Positions 1 to 12,269 of a DNA stretch of 64,000 nucleotides are shown piece by piece. A model generated the notes under the pieces. The model was not told where the DNA came from, made no database searches, and worked only from the letters and a program-made list of their open reading frames with translations. Each line of letters starts with the position of its first letter. Positions within the stretch are counted from its first letter, which is position 1. Both the position numbers and the translations under genes were made by a program. Source of the DNA: Iphione sp. A-MEVVRFRX5 (taxonomy: Eukaryota); contig OZ320321.1 of assembly GCA_976226885.1 (NCBI GenBank), forward strand, positions 55,986,001 to 56,050,000, read 5' to 3'.

Positions 1-1450
1 AATTACGTCCTTATTAGCAATGTATGACCACTTCCTTCCTCGCTGGGCGGCTCGGGGACATTGAAGGTGATTGAAAAGGACCCTCACAGTAGGAATTGGA
101 AGGCGGCCACGGCGGTGAGGTGGGGGCCGGCCTGGCCACACAATCACACACAGCCCTCCTCCGCCTTTCCACCACCGCCAACGCATCATGCATATTGGCT
201 ACTTCCTAACGACCGCGAAGCCCTCGATCTCGGGACGCCCATGTGCTTTTAAAGACACGGCCAAATGGCTGGCCGCTCGGAATTCCGAAGATCAATTGAT
301 TTGGCAGTTTCAATGAGATGAACAGTCGCTAGTCTTGCATTGATACCAGTGGTAGCCCCAAATCACGCGCGGAAGGCTCGATCCACACGCCTTCGTTGGA
401 GAGATTCCGTTACGAAAACGAGCAGTCTCATTGCCTAAGCCTCGGGCTTTGTTTTGTAGAAATACTCATTCATGCAGAATGAGAGCCCATCCTCTCCATA
501 ACAAGCCGGACAATATGCTTCCACATTTCTACAAGGATATATACACCGGTATTAGCTTTGCAAATGCCTTTTCAATACATTAGATGAGCTTTCTTCTTAC
601 AAACATCTTGCGATGCAAATCGCGGTGCGGGGCGAGCATCAGGGAAACCAGAGCCCCCTCGCGGAGTGAACCGGAGTGATGCGGACAGAGGCGTCCGTAG
701 CTGGAGGCAATGTTGGCGACGAAGCTGTCAACGAAATGCACTTATCGAAAAACAAACTTGCGACTTTTTCATCCCATCGTCGGGCGTGCCTGCTTAAGTT
801 CGCCTGATAAAGTCAATTAAGTTGGTAACACAAGTCAGCGTGCCGAGCATCCGACTAGATCGGCGTGCAATATTAATATCTCCCAGTGAAAAAATCAGCG
901 GGGGGCCCCAAGCTCTGGGCAATTATTAGCTCAAGAATGAACACCTGACGTCTTTCCATGGCGGCCACGCCATCTTCCTCGCTGTATAAGAGGCAGGTAT
1001 GTTTGATAAGATAAAGGGGCCGCAGTAATCCCTTCACCGAAGGGTACATATTCGAGGAAATCCAGGGCATGTACATGTACATATGTATATGGACCTTGAA
1101 GGAAGACTTTTATCGAGACGCTTCACTGCCGATTTTAGCGTGCATCGGCGATTCTGCAGGACTAATGGCACTACAGAAGACACGCGCACTTTGCGTGGAT
1201 TAGGAGATTCAGAAAGTATCTCCGAACAGGGACAAATCGCCGTAAATTCTGCTAAAGGCTGAGGGATATTTCGTGCACACTAAGAGAATAACTAAAGGCA
1301 TGCAACTGTACTGAACAGACTATCAATAGATAGAGTTCTGCTGTACAATTTGTGCATCTGTCACATTCAACAGTAGAAAATGCCCGATGTGGTAAGATGC
1401 ATTATTTGACAAAAGCACAAACTATTTGTATGAGTCTTGGGGCTACTCAA
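1..1450 (-). mobile_element. Decayed DIRS/Ngaro-type retrotransposon fragment (RNase H to YR end)
   Basis: ORF 873..1082 contains VFILELIIAQ, resembling the RNase H I..LEL motif. Minus-strand HRRG..GRKWSY near 20-130 resembles YR HSxRRG..GRWxS. Many frameshifts. Confidence 0.4.
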
Positions 1451-1749
1451 TAGAAAAAATGGCTGGGTTTAGGGATGTCAAAGTTAAAAATAAATTGTGT
1501 TAATTTTCAAATGCATGTATATGTTTACATTGATCAATTGGCCGATTGCTTGATGGTTTAAACATTTTCTTACTCACTTTTTTTAATTGCTTGCACCAGT
1601 AGAACCCCCTTTTTCAAAATACTGGTAAAAATGTGTACAGATTGCAGGTGATGTCTGTGTGAAATACTGCATATATTAGGCATGAATTCACTGTGCCTTT
1701 GCTGGCTGCTGGGTAAATTCGAATGTTCACATTGCACATCTTGGATTCG

Positions 1750-4700
1750 TCCGTGGTGAGTGTAAGAAAAAGTACAATTGCTAACTTTGTTTCTTGCGTG
1801 TACACTGAAACACACACACACGCACACACACGCAGTCGAACAGTCTGCATTCTTTTGGAAGAGAGTACGATATGTACAAAAGCAATAATCAAAGAGAGGG
1901 AGGGGAGAGAGACGAGGAGACCAGCAGTAGTGAGAGTATGTCTTGAGGTTCATACTCTCGTTGCCTTGTTGGGGAAAGCATGATTGTATACAAGGCCTAA
2001 TGGGTAGAAGGTCGCCTAACCTGTGGAGGGTCACCAACGCGCTAAGAAAGGTGGATCCCTGCAATACGTAGCGATGGACTGCACAGAGAGTGAGTTCCAT
2101 GGAGGAAAAAAATAACTAGGAGCGAGGGACTAATGCGCTCACTGAGCAGCTCATTATCCTCTCAGGGATGGGGTAAGCAAGGGCTGGCCGTACGCTCTGT
2201 TGGGACGAAGCCATGATAAAGACCCGGAACAGAATGGTTAGTGCTGTAGGCAACCTTATCTCTTCCAAAAGAGCGCTAAACCAAGTAACAAAGTAGTAAT
2301 CAGGAATGTTTCCCACTTGGCATTCCTCGTGGGGCTGACAATAAATCGGCACTGCAAGGCACACAATGGCCAACATCTAGAGTTAATTTAGATGGGTGCC
2401 GATAGCGTTGATAGCATTGCAGCTTTAATTACACGTAATTGCAAAAACACAAGGGCTCCAAGATTGCGAATCATAGTTTTAGTAGTCAACCCAATGGGTT
2501 TCTTATTAGCCACAGCATAATTACTGTCGCATTTCCAATCGGGGCTTATACCGCCTTTACGATATGTGCTTACTGATTGCACATCACCTTTCACGAATCG
2601 AGGCATTCAGGTTTCTAGAAAAAAAAGAAGAGGACACCTTTCAATGCGGCGAAGACTGATGCTTATTCCGGAACCATGTTGGTTTAGTCCAATTAGCGGC
2701 AATCAGGTCTTGTTCGCCACAGGCATCATTGTATAGCTTTACACCAATCCTTCACATTCAGTTTACTCGAGGTGGGGGGGGGGCTCGCCTTGGATTTATG
2801 GGTTTCGTCTCGCTGGCTTAAAGACTGTCAACCATCGTCTACGAAACAAGGGGAGCCCCCGTACGAACCACTTCATAACTCTATTGAGAATGGTGATTTT
2901 GACGACACGGCCTGTCTTTTGTTTGAGAAGGCATCACATCACCAACATCAGCTAATGTAGGAAGCTTGTCCCCAGTGGCAGGCTAGACGACATTGTCTGT
3001 GGCGTCGATATATGAACACGCTGACCTGAAGGTAACGCGGACCGGGCGGCGGCGGCCAGCCGGGCACAATGTTTGAAGGCGAAGGAGAGGGGGGCGGGAG
3101 GGAAGCTGGGGACCCAAGACGGGGAGGAGAAGGAGGAGGAGGGGGAGAGTGAACCAAGGCTTCGTATAGCGTGTCGAACGGCAGGTGGAGGAGAGGTGAA
3201 CAGCCCTCGCCCGGGTGGCACGAGGAACACGAGCCCCTCCCGGCGGCTCTGATGAATGTCGAACCATCCCCGTGCGGCCGCCTGGGGTGCGCTGGCTTCA
3301 TCTTGTAGCCGCGGCTCAGCCGTTGTTCTGCTCATTATCTTACAGGTAGGAGCTGCTCGCCGTCTCCCTCCGACCTGCTCGGCGAGATGGATAGGGGCCC
3401 CAGGTCGCATTGGGGGGACAAGACGGGCCCGGACAGTGGCTTCGAGACAGATGGGTGCTTCAGATAATGTTGGAGACCGCGACACGACTTCTCGAAATAT
3501 TAGCAAATCGGTGCAAGTCGGGCAAAAAATATCAGACTTAACGATATATCAATGACAACGTTTTTGTACAGTGGATCCCTGCAAATTAGGACCCTTTAGT
3601 TCTGAATCAAAACTGCCAATGTGAGGGTGTGGTCCCCTTAGGAAACACATTTCCTTACTTTGCTTTGATAAAACTCCTTTTACGGTAACCTAAGTAGAAG
3701 TATACCCTTAGAATATGAGTGTCTGAACAAACTAGATCTAATATATATGTACACAGTTATTTTGGCAGTTAGGTCCAGTATTAACAGTGATAGGTTTGCC
3801 ACCCGGTTGGACGTATTACAGCTTATTGTTCTAAACTGCTCTATTCACTGCTATTAGGCAGCGTTACAAGGATCGGATGGGCTTATTGGCTGAATAACGT
3901 TATGAACGTGGAGGTCGTTAATCTGTCCCAGACAGCTACTGTATGGCACATGAGTGAGCGATCACTGAGCCAGCACCATCGGAGACGGCGCCTGGGTGAT
4001 TAGTCCTTGACAAGGGTAAGGCCACCAATTTACTTTTTGAAGGATGCTGCCGCACTTAGTAAAAAAAAAAAAAGAAAGTGGGGGGGGGGCAGCTAGACCT
4101 TGCCCTACTTCCCCGATCTATTTCAGCTCTGTGTCAATCTTAAATGGGGGTTTTGCCTGGTGCTGACGTTTGTCCCCGTCGGACTGGGTGCCAAGTCACC
4201 AAGTAATAATCGGGGAGGGAGTTGATGGGAAGGAGAGTGGAGGGGGGGGGGGTATCCATGCCGTGTCCGTAGTGGCAGACCCCGGGACAAGTCCGGCTGG
4301 CCACGACCGCTAACAACACTGACTGCCGCCTGTACAGCAGCACCCCGTGATGGATCGCCAGCCACAGGTCCGCCGACTGGGCTGTGAGGTGGCATGAACG
4401 CATAGATGTTTATTTGAGCCTCTCGTATTGAAATAAGCCAGAAAAAAAACGAGCAGCACATGACTGTTGCTTATATGGTTATTTATATTGCTTATGACGA
4501 GATCTGCGAAGTGTTCCATTGGGCTGTGGTTTCTCCCTTGGCAATGAGATAGCATTGTGTGAGAAATTATGATAATAATCTAAGAGGACACAGGATTAAA
4601 CTATCAGCGTTCGCTGCGTTTTAAATAGTTTTTAGTAAACGTGCTTATAATACAAAGAGTCGTTAGCATTAGTGTCTTGTTCTGGTAATGTAGGAATAAG

Positions 4701-5100
4701 AGAGGCATTGCTTCAATGGCGTAAATATATAGTATATAGGCGAAACGTTATTAGAGAGATGGTATTGATCGAATTTCACTTTCACTGATAAAGAGTATAT
4801 ATTCTGCTTCATTTTCTTTGTAACTAGTGAGAAGCTTGAATATGAAAGTAGCGAGGGGACACTCTACTTAGCTTGCTAATGTAAATTCCACAGGCAGATG
4901 TATTCGAAACGGGAGATAGCGCTTATTTAGCATATATATTGCACCATATATTACCGGGTCATTGCATGGCGCTTGATGAACAGTTTCACGCAAATTGTAT
5001 CGCCACTTTACATGTTAATATCTACACAAACACATTTTTAAAGATGGCCGAATAGGGCTCGGACACGCAATCTCATACGGCCAGTTGTCAAAGGTGACAT
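1750..5100 (-). mobile_element. Decayed DIRS/Ngaro-type retrotransposon (gag Cys cluster, RT, RNase H, YR)
   Basis: Domains are in the expected order: Cys-rich ORF 4310..4555; TPPP..LPDYYLV (RT N-flank, ORF 4140..4403); ARGWFDIHQSRREG (connection, ORF 2952..3506); YIDAT (RNase H DAS, ORF 2983..3267); SVSTYRKG (YR N-terminus, ORF 2388..2606); ALTILFRVF (ORF 2116..2376); LCAVHRYV (CPV-like, ORF 1570..2100). Confidence 0.65.
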
Positions 5101-6850
5101 TCGTGGTGGGCCTTTAAAACTCTGGTCACACATAACAGACGCATTCCAACGGCCATAACGCTCACATCTGGTGCTCATAAAAAGGTTTGAGGCAACATTA
5201 TGGCGCACTTATAATGATGGTGTAAGATGTTAGTGAGTTGGCCATCCCCGCTCAACTGCCATCCAACTCGCTGTCCATCTCACCCGCTGTCCGACGCCAT
5301 TGCTCGCCAACCCAGCCTTCCAGGTTGCAACACCCATTTCCCTAGAGTTTGTGATCGTTGGCTCTGATGAAGCAGCGGCCACGCCTAGCACCCATTTACA
5401 CTGGCAGGCCTCCCGCTCAGTGCCCTCACGCCATTCGACCATCAAATCATTCCGATCGAACAGCCTTCATCAGGGATTTCTTTCAAACGTGGCGCCCACC
5501 TCTGCAACTTTGTGAAATCGAATTACCACGGGCGAATTGCTCAAGAGTCATTCCATTGGCTCTAATGAACAATAGTGACGATTTGCAAGAGCAACTGCCG
5601 CTGTCACGGTTGCACGACGTTTCGGGGGGACGAGGAGGCGCCTTCCATCCTTTTATAGGTATAATTCGCGCCCGAAGTTCTCCTCTATCCACTATGATTG
5701 TGTCGTATATCTTACTTGGCTGAGGCAGCTCACCCTGTCCTGCTGTGCTCACCAGCTTCTCCCAGGCTCTTTCGGCCGTCCATCCACTCTTACTGGGACC
5801 GAAACGAGGCCGCCGCTGGTGGGCTGAAAGGGTGCACACGCATGAGGCGGCCTCATGATCCCATGTTTGTGATTGGGTTATGATAATTTAATTTCGATGC
5901 TGTTAAATCATGCCGGGAAGTAATGAAATCTGTAAATACCCATCACCGGCCGCTGACAGCGGCTGGGCTAGAGGAAAAGACTCGGTGGCAGCCCAAGAAT
6001 AGAAAAGTACGGTCTTCCGCCGAAAGTGCGGGAAAGAAGTCTCATTGAGGTCTTTTCGATGGGAGCACAGTCGGCGCCAGCCACTTTGTCTCCTATCTCA
6101 CCCGGCCTGCGTCAGCAGAAATGGTACAAGCTTGTCGTGAAATATTCCCAATTTTTCGTAGCCGTTATTGATCTATTACGAGGCCACCATTTGAGCTTTT
6201 GACGTCGATTTAATTATTCTTAATCTCACGAAATGCCTTCCTAAAATAGTCCGAATGGGTTTATTAAACCCGCCATCATTTCTCTCTTGCATCCTGAACC
6301 GTAATATATATCGTATGCTTTTTCTATGAAACTTAACTCATAACGCAAACTCGATGCTAAGTACAGCAAAGAGAAAACTTCACACACCTTTTTATGTGCA
6401 TTTGGCATTAAGGTCATTCCTCAGGTGACCAAAAAATGTCCGAAGTGTCCGTTCGGAGAGGATCAAACAGAAACGTATTCGTATTGAGTTAAATTCTGAA
6501 ATCATGCCTCCACTGCTCTAGGTTGTTCAAAAGTCCGGCAGAGATTGTTGTAAAATATTCTTCCGATAAAGACGTTTAACTCATGTTGACAAACAAACGG
6601 ATTCAATATACATGAGTAATTTAATGAAAGAATAGATTTTTTTTTACCCTGCCGTGATTATAGCAGCAGATTCATTTACTATACAAAGAAGAAAACGTCA
6701 AAAGTATTTTACCACATTTCTTTGGTAACTTGCGGATGATCTCTACACGAAAGCTTTTCGAGCAACAATGGCAAAAAGTCATTCATCCTTAAAAAGGTGA
6801 CATAATGAAGGAAGATAGGGGAAGGGATGCCTGTCGCAATTTAAAGAGCT
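5100..6850 (-). mobile_element. Decayed DIRS/Ngaro-type fragment (RT end, RNase H, YR)
   Basis: Minus-strand VFIGRIFYNNL at ~6540-6575 (GRxF..RL connection motif). ERYGRWNAS at ~5138-5163 resembles the Ngaro YR RHGRWxS motif. Confidence 0.5.
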
Positions 6851-6879
6851 AGAACTGCAAAGGTGAGGCAGTCGCACAG

Positions 6880-9800
6880 AATCGCAGGTTCACAGAATCG
6901 CAAGCGCAGATTTACAGGAGAAACCACAAGTAATAGTTCCAAAAGCTATACTCATAATGCGTCCAAGTAGGCACACTCCTTCTAGAAGAGTGGAGGGCTG
7001 GAGTGGGAACTTCTAAGGACAAACGAAGACTGGGTGAATCCTGTTGATTTTTGTGTTGAATAATGGAAAATTGGCATGGTCCAATGTATTGCTTATTATC
7101 TTGTATAATTGAAAAAATTAAACAGATCACAGTGGTTATTTACCAGGTTACATTGTTGTAATACTGACAAAAGACATGCCCAATTGAAGGGTCTACTTAC
7201 ATTTCAGGAAAACTGACGACTATTGCGGGAGGACTAATGATGATAAATGCACGAGGCATTAATTAGTGCATGCCATTGGTTTGCTGCTGAAAATAGGATG
7301 GATCTTTGAAATGTCCTACAATGTCATGGATACTCAACGAAAGAAGTTGCCAGGAGGAATGAATGGTAGCAGACTCAACGTTATTGAATACAGAGAAGGA
7401 AGAACAACGGCGTTCCTGATCACAGAGCACGTCATTTGGCGGTACTCTTATATGACTGCTAGCTGGGGTTCTGGTCATAGAAGAACATATGAACATGGCT
7501 GTGGAACAATAGGGCGACATTTGGCCTATTACGGCATGTTAGCTATGGACATAATAAAGTGTGACGCAAAAGCAATACCAGACTCATCAAACATTAAGTC
7601 CAAGTCAATAGCCCACCATATGCCGCTGACCTTTCCAGTATCTGTCCGAAGGAGGTTTAACACACATCATTAAGGATTCAGAAGCGAAAACGCGCCAAAA
7701 ATATTTTCTTCATAATGATGATACTGCTACGGGAATGAAGTGACAGAGGTGACATACAGCAGAGCACATTGGTAAGGTCACATTCTCTACGAGGCTCTAT
7801 GAAGAGAGCCTCCACAAGTCGTTGCTAGCAAGCCACAATGGGCTGCCGTTGATGGGGCGAAGTGTGTAAATGATACCTTCTTAGCAAAGCAGCAGAAAAT
7901 GTCAAATGTATTCCGGGTTCCCATGACACAACACGAAGCGAAACCTTGGCCATGTACAGGGTTTCTGACATTCAAGTTATATGAGAATCTTCAGTGAATG
8001 AGGGTGCTTCATAGGGGCATTTGTTGGCAGATGGGCAAGCTGCAGCTTCCTCAAGGCAAGCTCCAAAGACAGGAAAATCTATGATTGTAATTCTCAAAGA
8101 AAACAAGCAAAAAGTCATAATCATCAAGAATGAAGTTTTGTGTATAATAATGAATTATAAATTAATCGTCAGCCCATTTGCAAATGCTTCATCTTTAACA
8201 CTGGACGATACAGTGGTGATTAGCTCACTGCATGTACACGTCACTATGTTAAAAGGTTTGATGTGCACAGAATCTTGCAATTGTTAAAGCAAGAAGGCTA
8301 TGTAAGAGAGAATTATATATCAGGTAACCTCCGTTGGCATGTATAGTTTGTACGATATTCCACACCTAGCCCGTGGACTCATTCTTCTCATATGACAATA
8401 TTGATTATTGTGTTCCAACTACGATTTGACATTGATGGTGTGTTGATAATCTTAAAAGACGATTTAACTGATTCCTTCCAGCTTTATATGGAAATTGAAT
8501 GGAGAGCCAGTTCAGAATTGAAAAAGGAAGGGCACCTATGAGGTCTATTGTCCCACGCAAGCTGTTCCAATTAAGTGGACCAAATTGGCTCCATATTCTT
8601 CCTTATAGACAAAAGGCTTTCCTTCCTGTTTTAATTCGATTGCTTGGAACGACATAAATAGCAGAAATGATATACAAATTGGTAAGGATTACATATTTGC
8701 ATTGTAAAATATAATAACAATTATTAGTGTAATTATTAGATCGTATAATTGAGATGGAAATAGACCCACAAGATCATGACGGAAGGTTAGCAAGTCAGAC
8801 AGCAGCAATCATAAGGTCTCTCATTTTAGAAGCACAGGGCAATAAATATTGAAACAGTTAAGGGACTGATTGGATATTAACACAATGTATATGGAATTTA
8901 CACCAAAACTTGATCATACACAAGAAATTGCATCATCGGATGGGGACTTGGTCATAGTCCACCTGGACTATTTTAGTGTATTGATACCACTCAGCTTCTC
9001 TGTACATTTCAGCCCAGAAACTGACACAGAATCTATTTGGCATAACAGGGTAGGGTTTTGGTGGACTGACAGCTTAGCTGGACTTTTTTTGCTGTCTATT
9101 TGCAAAATATTGGAAAATTTCATAAACATGGCTTTTTTCCGATGGAGAATTATCAGGTAAGAATTTCTATTAGCTCTGCCAACGCGTCTTTGTCAGCTCT
9201 GCATGCAACTTCAATCATGAACACCTCACATCTGAAGATGCTGTACTTCTATTCAGATGAAATAATAATACTCTCTGAAATTCTTTTTACGCCACACCAA
9301 ATAGGAAAAATGGGTCGATGCAAGCAGATGCTTAGAGGCAGATTTCTCTGATATCATTGAATAGAGATGTGTGATCCAACATCGAAGGGAGCTAGGTATT
9401 AGGATATCCTTGCGGGGAATCCTTGACAATAATCTGGGTGTGTATATCGCTGAAATGTGTTTAAGGCAGACATTGACTTACGAAACATTACAGCTTCTAG
9501 CCTAAGGAACGTAATGCCAATTGTCCTTGTCGTGCAGATATATACATTCATTAGTAGTTCTCTAGACCCGATTTTATGGCAGCCATCACAGCCCCATCTG
9601 GTGCAGTGGGCCTCACTCTGTTGGCAGGATCGCCATTTGAATTTCACACCAGGTGCTCCAATGGCAGCTTGGGTGTTCGCCATGGCGGCGATGGCGAGGC
9701 TTGGAGGGGGAGGAGGAGGGAGAGGAGGAGGAGGAGGCTAGAAAATGCACAGGTTGGGAAATGCTAATCGTGGGGGGAGGCGGCGGGCTAAGGCCGACCT

Positions 9801-10100
9801 GTCAACCGGTACAGTTGCTTGCTGTAGCTGCGCAGGCCATAGCGTTGCGCGTTCCTGGTTGTTATCGTCGCCGGCGCTGCTACCTCTGTCGCCCGCATCA
9901 CCGCCTCCCTCCCCCTCCCCCCCCCCCCCGGCTGATCGGACTTGGCGCCAGTCCCAGCGAAAGGAAGGTGCAGATCAAAGGCGGCGCACCTGGACTCATA
10001 CCAAGCAAGGGCAAAACCTGACGCCTAGAGCGAGTGGACGCCAACCCTCTCCTAAACGTGTCATCGGTGTCCTTTTATTCCACGAAGGCGGCCGCCGTAT
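6880..10100 (-). mobile_element. Decayed DIRS/Ngaro-type retrotransposon (gag, RT, RNase H, YR)
   Basis: Cys cluster in ORF 9399..9683; IVQVDYDQV (YLDD-like, ~8950); GPLNWNSLRGTIDLIGALP (~8530-8590); VMGTRNTFDIFCCF (PG..N..AD.LSR-like, ORF 7787..7975); TAMFICSSMTR (ORF 7263..7520); LHSSRRSVPTW (HSxRRG.ATW, ORF 6912..7130). Confidence 0.65.
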
Positions 10101-10549
10101 CTCATAACCTGCCATATTGTTGTCAGTCTAATGGCCAATATTGGAACGTGATGAGCTGTGCCCTAAAAAAGCGATAACCCGATCACCTGGGTGAAAAGGA
10201 CGGAAAAAGGATTTTTAACAACTAAAAATGTGGGAAATGAAACAAAATCAGGACAGGGTATTCTTTTGGTGATTTTCCGGAGAGAATCCACCGGGGGACC
10301 TTGTTTTAGATGTCTGTAAATTCCTAATTTAGCAATACCGTGTCATGTGATAAAATATGCAAATGAGTCCTGTTTATAGCAATGGCATAAATATAGCGAG
10401 TCCTCTTTGCTTGGAATTGCGAATTTATTTCCTGTACTGAACCGAAGTCTGACTAGAAGTAGACATACCTGCTTTCGAAACAATGCTGCTCTGTGATTAA
10501 GATTCAAGACCACATTTTTTATTTTGTTATAATATTTTTAATGTTATTT

Positions 10550-11950
10550 AATTTACAAACGCTATATATACACATGTATTGAAACTTAAATGTGCGGTTG
10601 TGATTTTTTGTTTCTATGAATGGCTGAATGTCACAGTTTACCTGGGGTTTGCTTATTACCATCAGATGATAAATAGATTTTTAACCGAATGATAAATAGT
10701 TGAAGAATGACGTGCCGTCTTGCTAGCTTACTCCCGGAATATAGTTCCAAGTAATTGTGGGTAGACAGGGTTTAGAAGAAACCCATTACCTTTACTCGCA
10801 TATCCCATTAAAGAATTTATGTCCTGGGAGTCCTATTCATTCCTCGCTTTGATGTTCAACGTCCACGAAAGGACATTAATACATTCCTGTACAATTCAAA
10901 TGACATCCATTTCTCTCCAGACAAAGGCGATCTTGTGACAGTCGAAGCCTATCTCTTCATCCTCTCGTGCTTACCGAGCAATATGAAAGTACCCCTTTGC
11001 TTGTTTCATATATTTATGTGCAATTTGAATGGCCGTAGATACGATATCAAAAGGTGACGAGCGAAATAAGGCTTTGACATGAAAATAGAGTGTACAACTG
11101 AAAATAGAGCTGGCCCTAAATAGCGTGATGGCCATAAAAGAATCTCACTGAACACGACAGTAACATGAATACAATAAGCCTTCCCATCAAAATGTCGCTC
11201 TGCTGTTTCTTTTACTGTATTGACAGTCGTGCGTACATGTCTGCAAAGTTTCCTACCAGTACACATGCATATTGCCCACTGCATTAGAGGGAAAGAGTGT
11301 ACACTGGCAAAGAGTTTTTGACTGCCATTGCCTCCCACGATGCGGCTGGCGTACATGGGGAACTCAACAACAGGAATACGACATGTGCATTTTATATAGA
11401 GAGGAGAATGTAATTTAAGGTAATTCCCTTGGTGCTCTCCCAAAGTATGGACCCTTAAAATAATTATGCTATGGGCAATATATGATGAGAATAGGCCTAC
11501 ATCGTATTCCCTAATAACTGTACACGCTACATGAAGAGTAATAAATGCCTCTTTCGGAACCACTTTAACGGATGGTTTTATATTACGTAGGTTAGGGAGG
11601 AAAAGTTCTCTGTTACTCTATTTGACATACTTCTATAAAGGGACAGCAAAGCAGGCAAATGTGACACTTTTTGCTTATGATGTTTCATTCTGTCGACATT
11701 ATTGTATGCACTGATGGTTCATTGTGTATATAATACTTCTTACTGAGTCATATTAAGTAAACAAGCATGGTCGATTTGAACGAAATGATGCTATCTATGA
11801 GGATGTATTAGTTACATAAATTTATGCAGATGGGTATAATATCACCAGCAAGGAAACTAAGCTTAAAGGGAGCTACCTTTTCCCGACTGAACCCCCCCCC
11901 CCCCATCGGACTGTTTTCAGCTCCGCCCAGTTAAACCAACCGGTGGTTCA
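10550..11950 (-). mobile_element. Decayed DIRS1-like fragment (RT end, RNase H, MT-like region)
   Basis: LFLPNLRNIK (LP..K) near 11580. ORF 11006..11563 has PMYASRIVGG (TDAS..GWG-like), HFDGKAYCIHVT and FKLHINI. EKWMSFELYRNV follows, like the start of the DIRS MT region. Confidence 0.5.
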
Positions 11951-12142
11951 CCTTCGTCATGTTGTATACAGTTGTTGGAGATGTTACTAATATAGGAAGA
12001 CATCGATTCAGTGTCACATGATAGCCTGTCTTCTGTGCTTAACTCTATGTGATTCGCCCAGTGGGTGGGTGGCCCTTAGCAGCGTACATGGAAGAACATT
12101 GTGTGTGTGCACATTTGCCATGCATCTGTAACATGAGGGGGC

Positions 12143-12145
<3 letters not shown>

Positions 12146-12211
<66 letters not shown>
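12146..12211. repeat. (AG)n microsatellite, ~33 units
   Basis: Perfect dinucleotide run. Confidence 0.98.
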
Positions 12212-12217
<6 letters not shown>

Positions 12218-12269
12218 GAGGGGAGGAGGGAGGGTGGCATCATAGAGGGGCACGATACACAGTCGCCGG

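Noticed and set aside
2948-3555. Overlapping Pro/Gly/Arg-rich ORFs here and at 9576-10107, 21885-22331, 35263-35775 and 46588-47019 as protein-coding genes
   Set aside because: These are GC-rich, stop-poor stretches of decayed elements that are open in several frames at once, with no splice or domain support.
7260-9400. Plus-strand L1/Tx1-like ORF2 (apparent SFIWK, LADG and CQLC..H zinc-finger-like words)
   Set aside because: The minus strand gives a more complete and correctly ordered DIRS series (GP..ID..LP, G..N..D, HSSRR..TW). The plus-strand words are scattered and are probably chance matches.
10357-10364. Octamer ATGCAAAT as a regulatory site
   Set aside because: A single 8-mer with no supporting promoter context is expected by chance in 64 kb.
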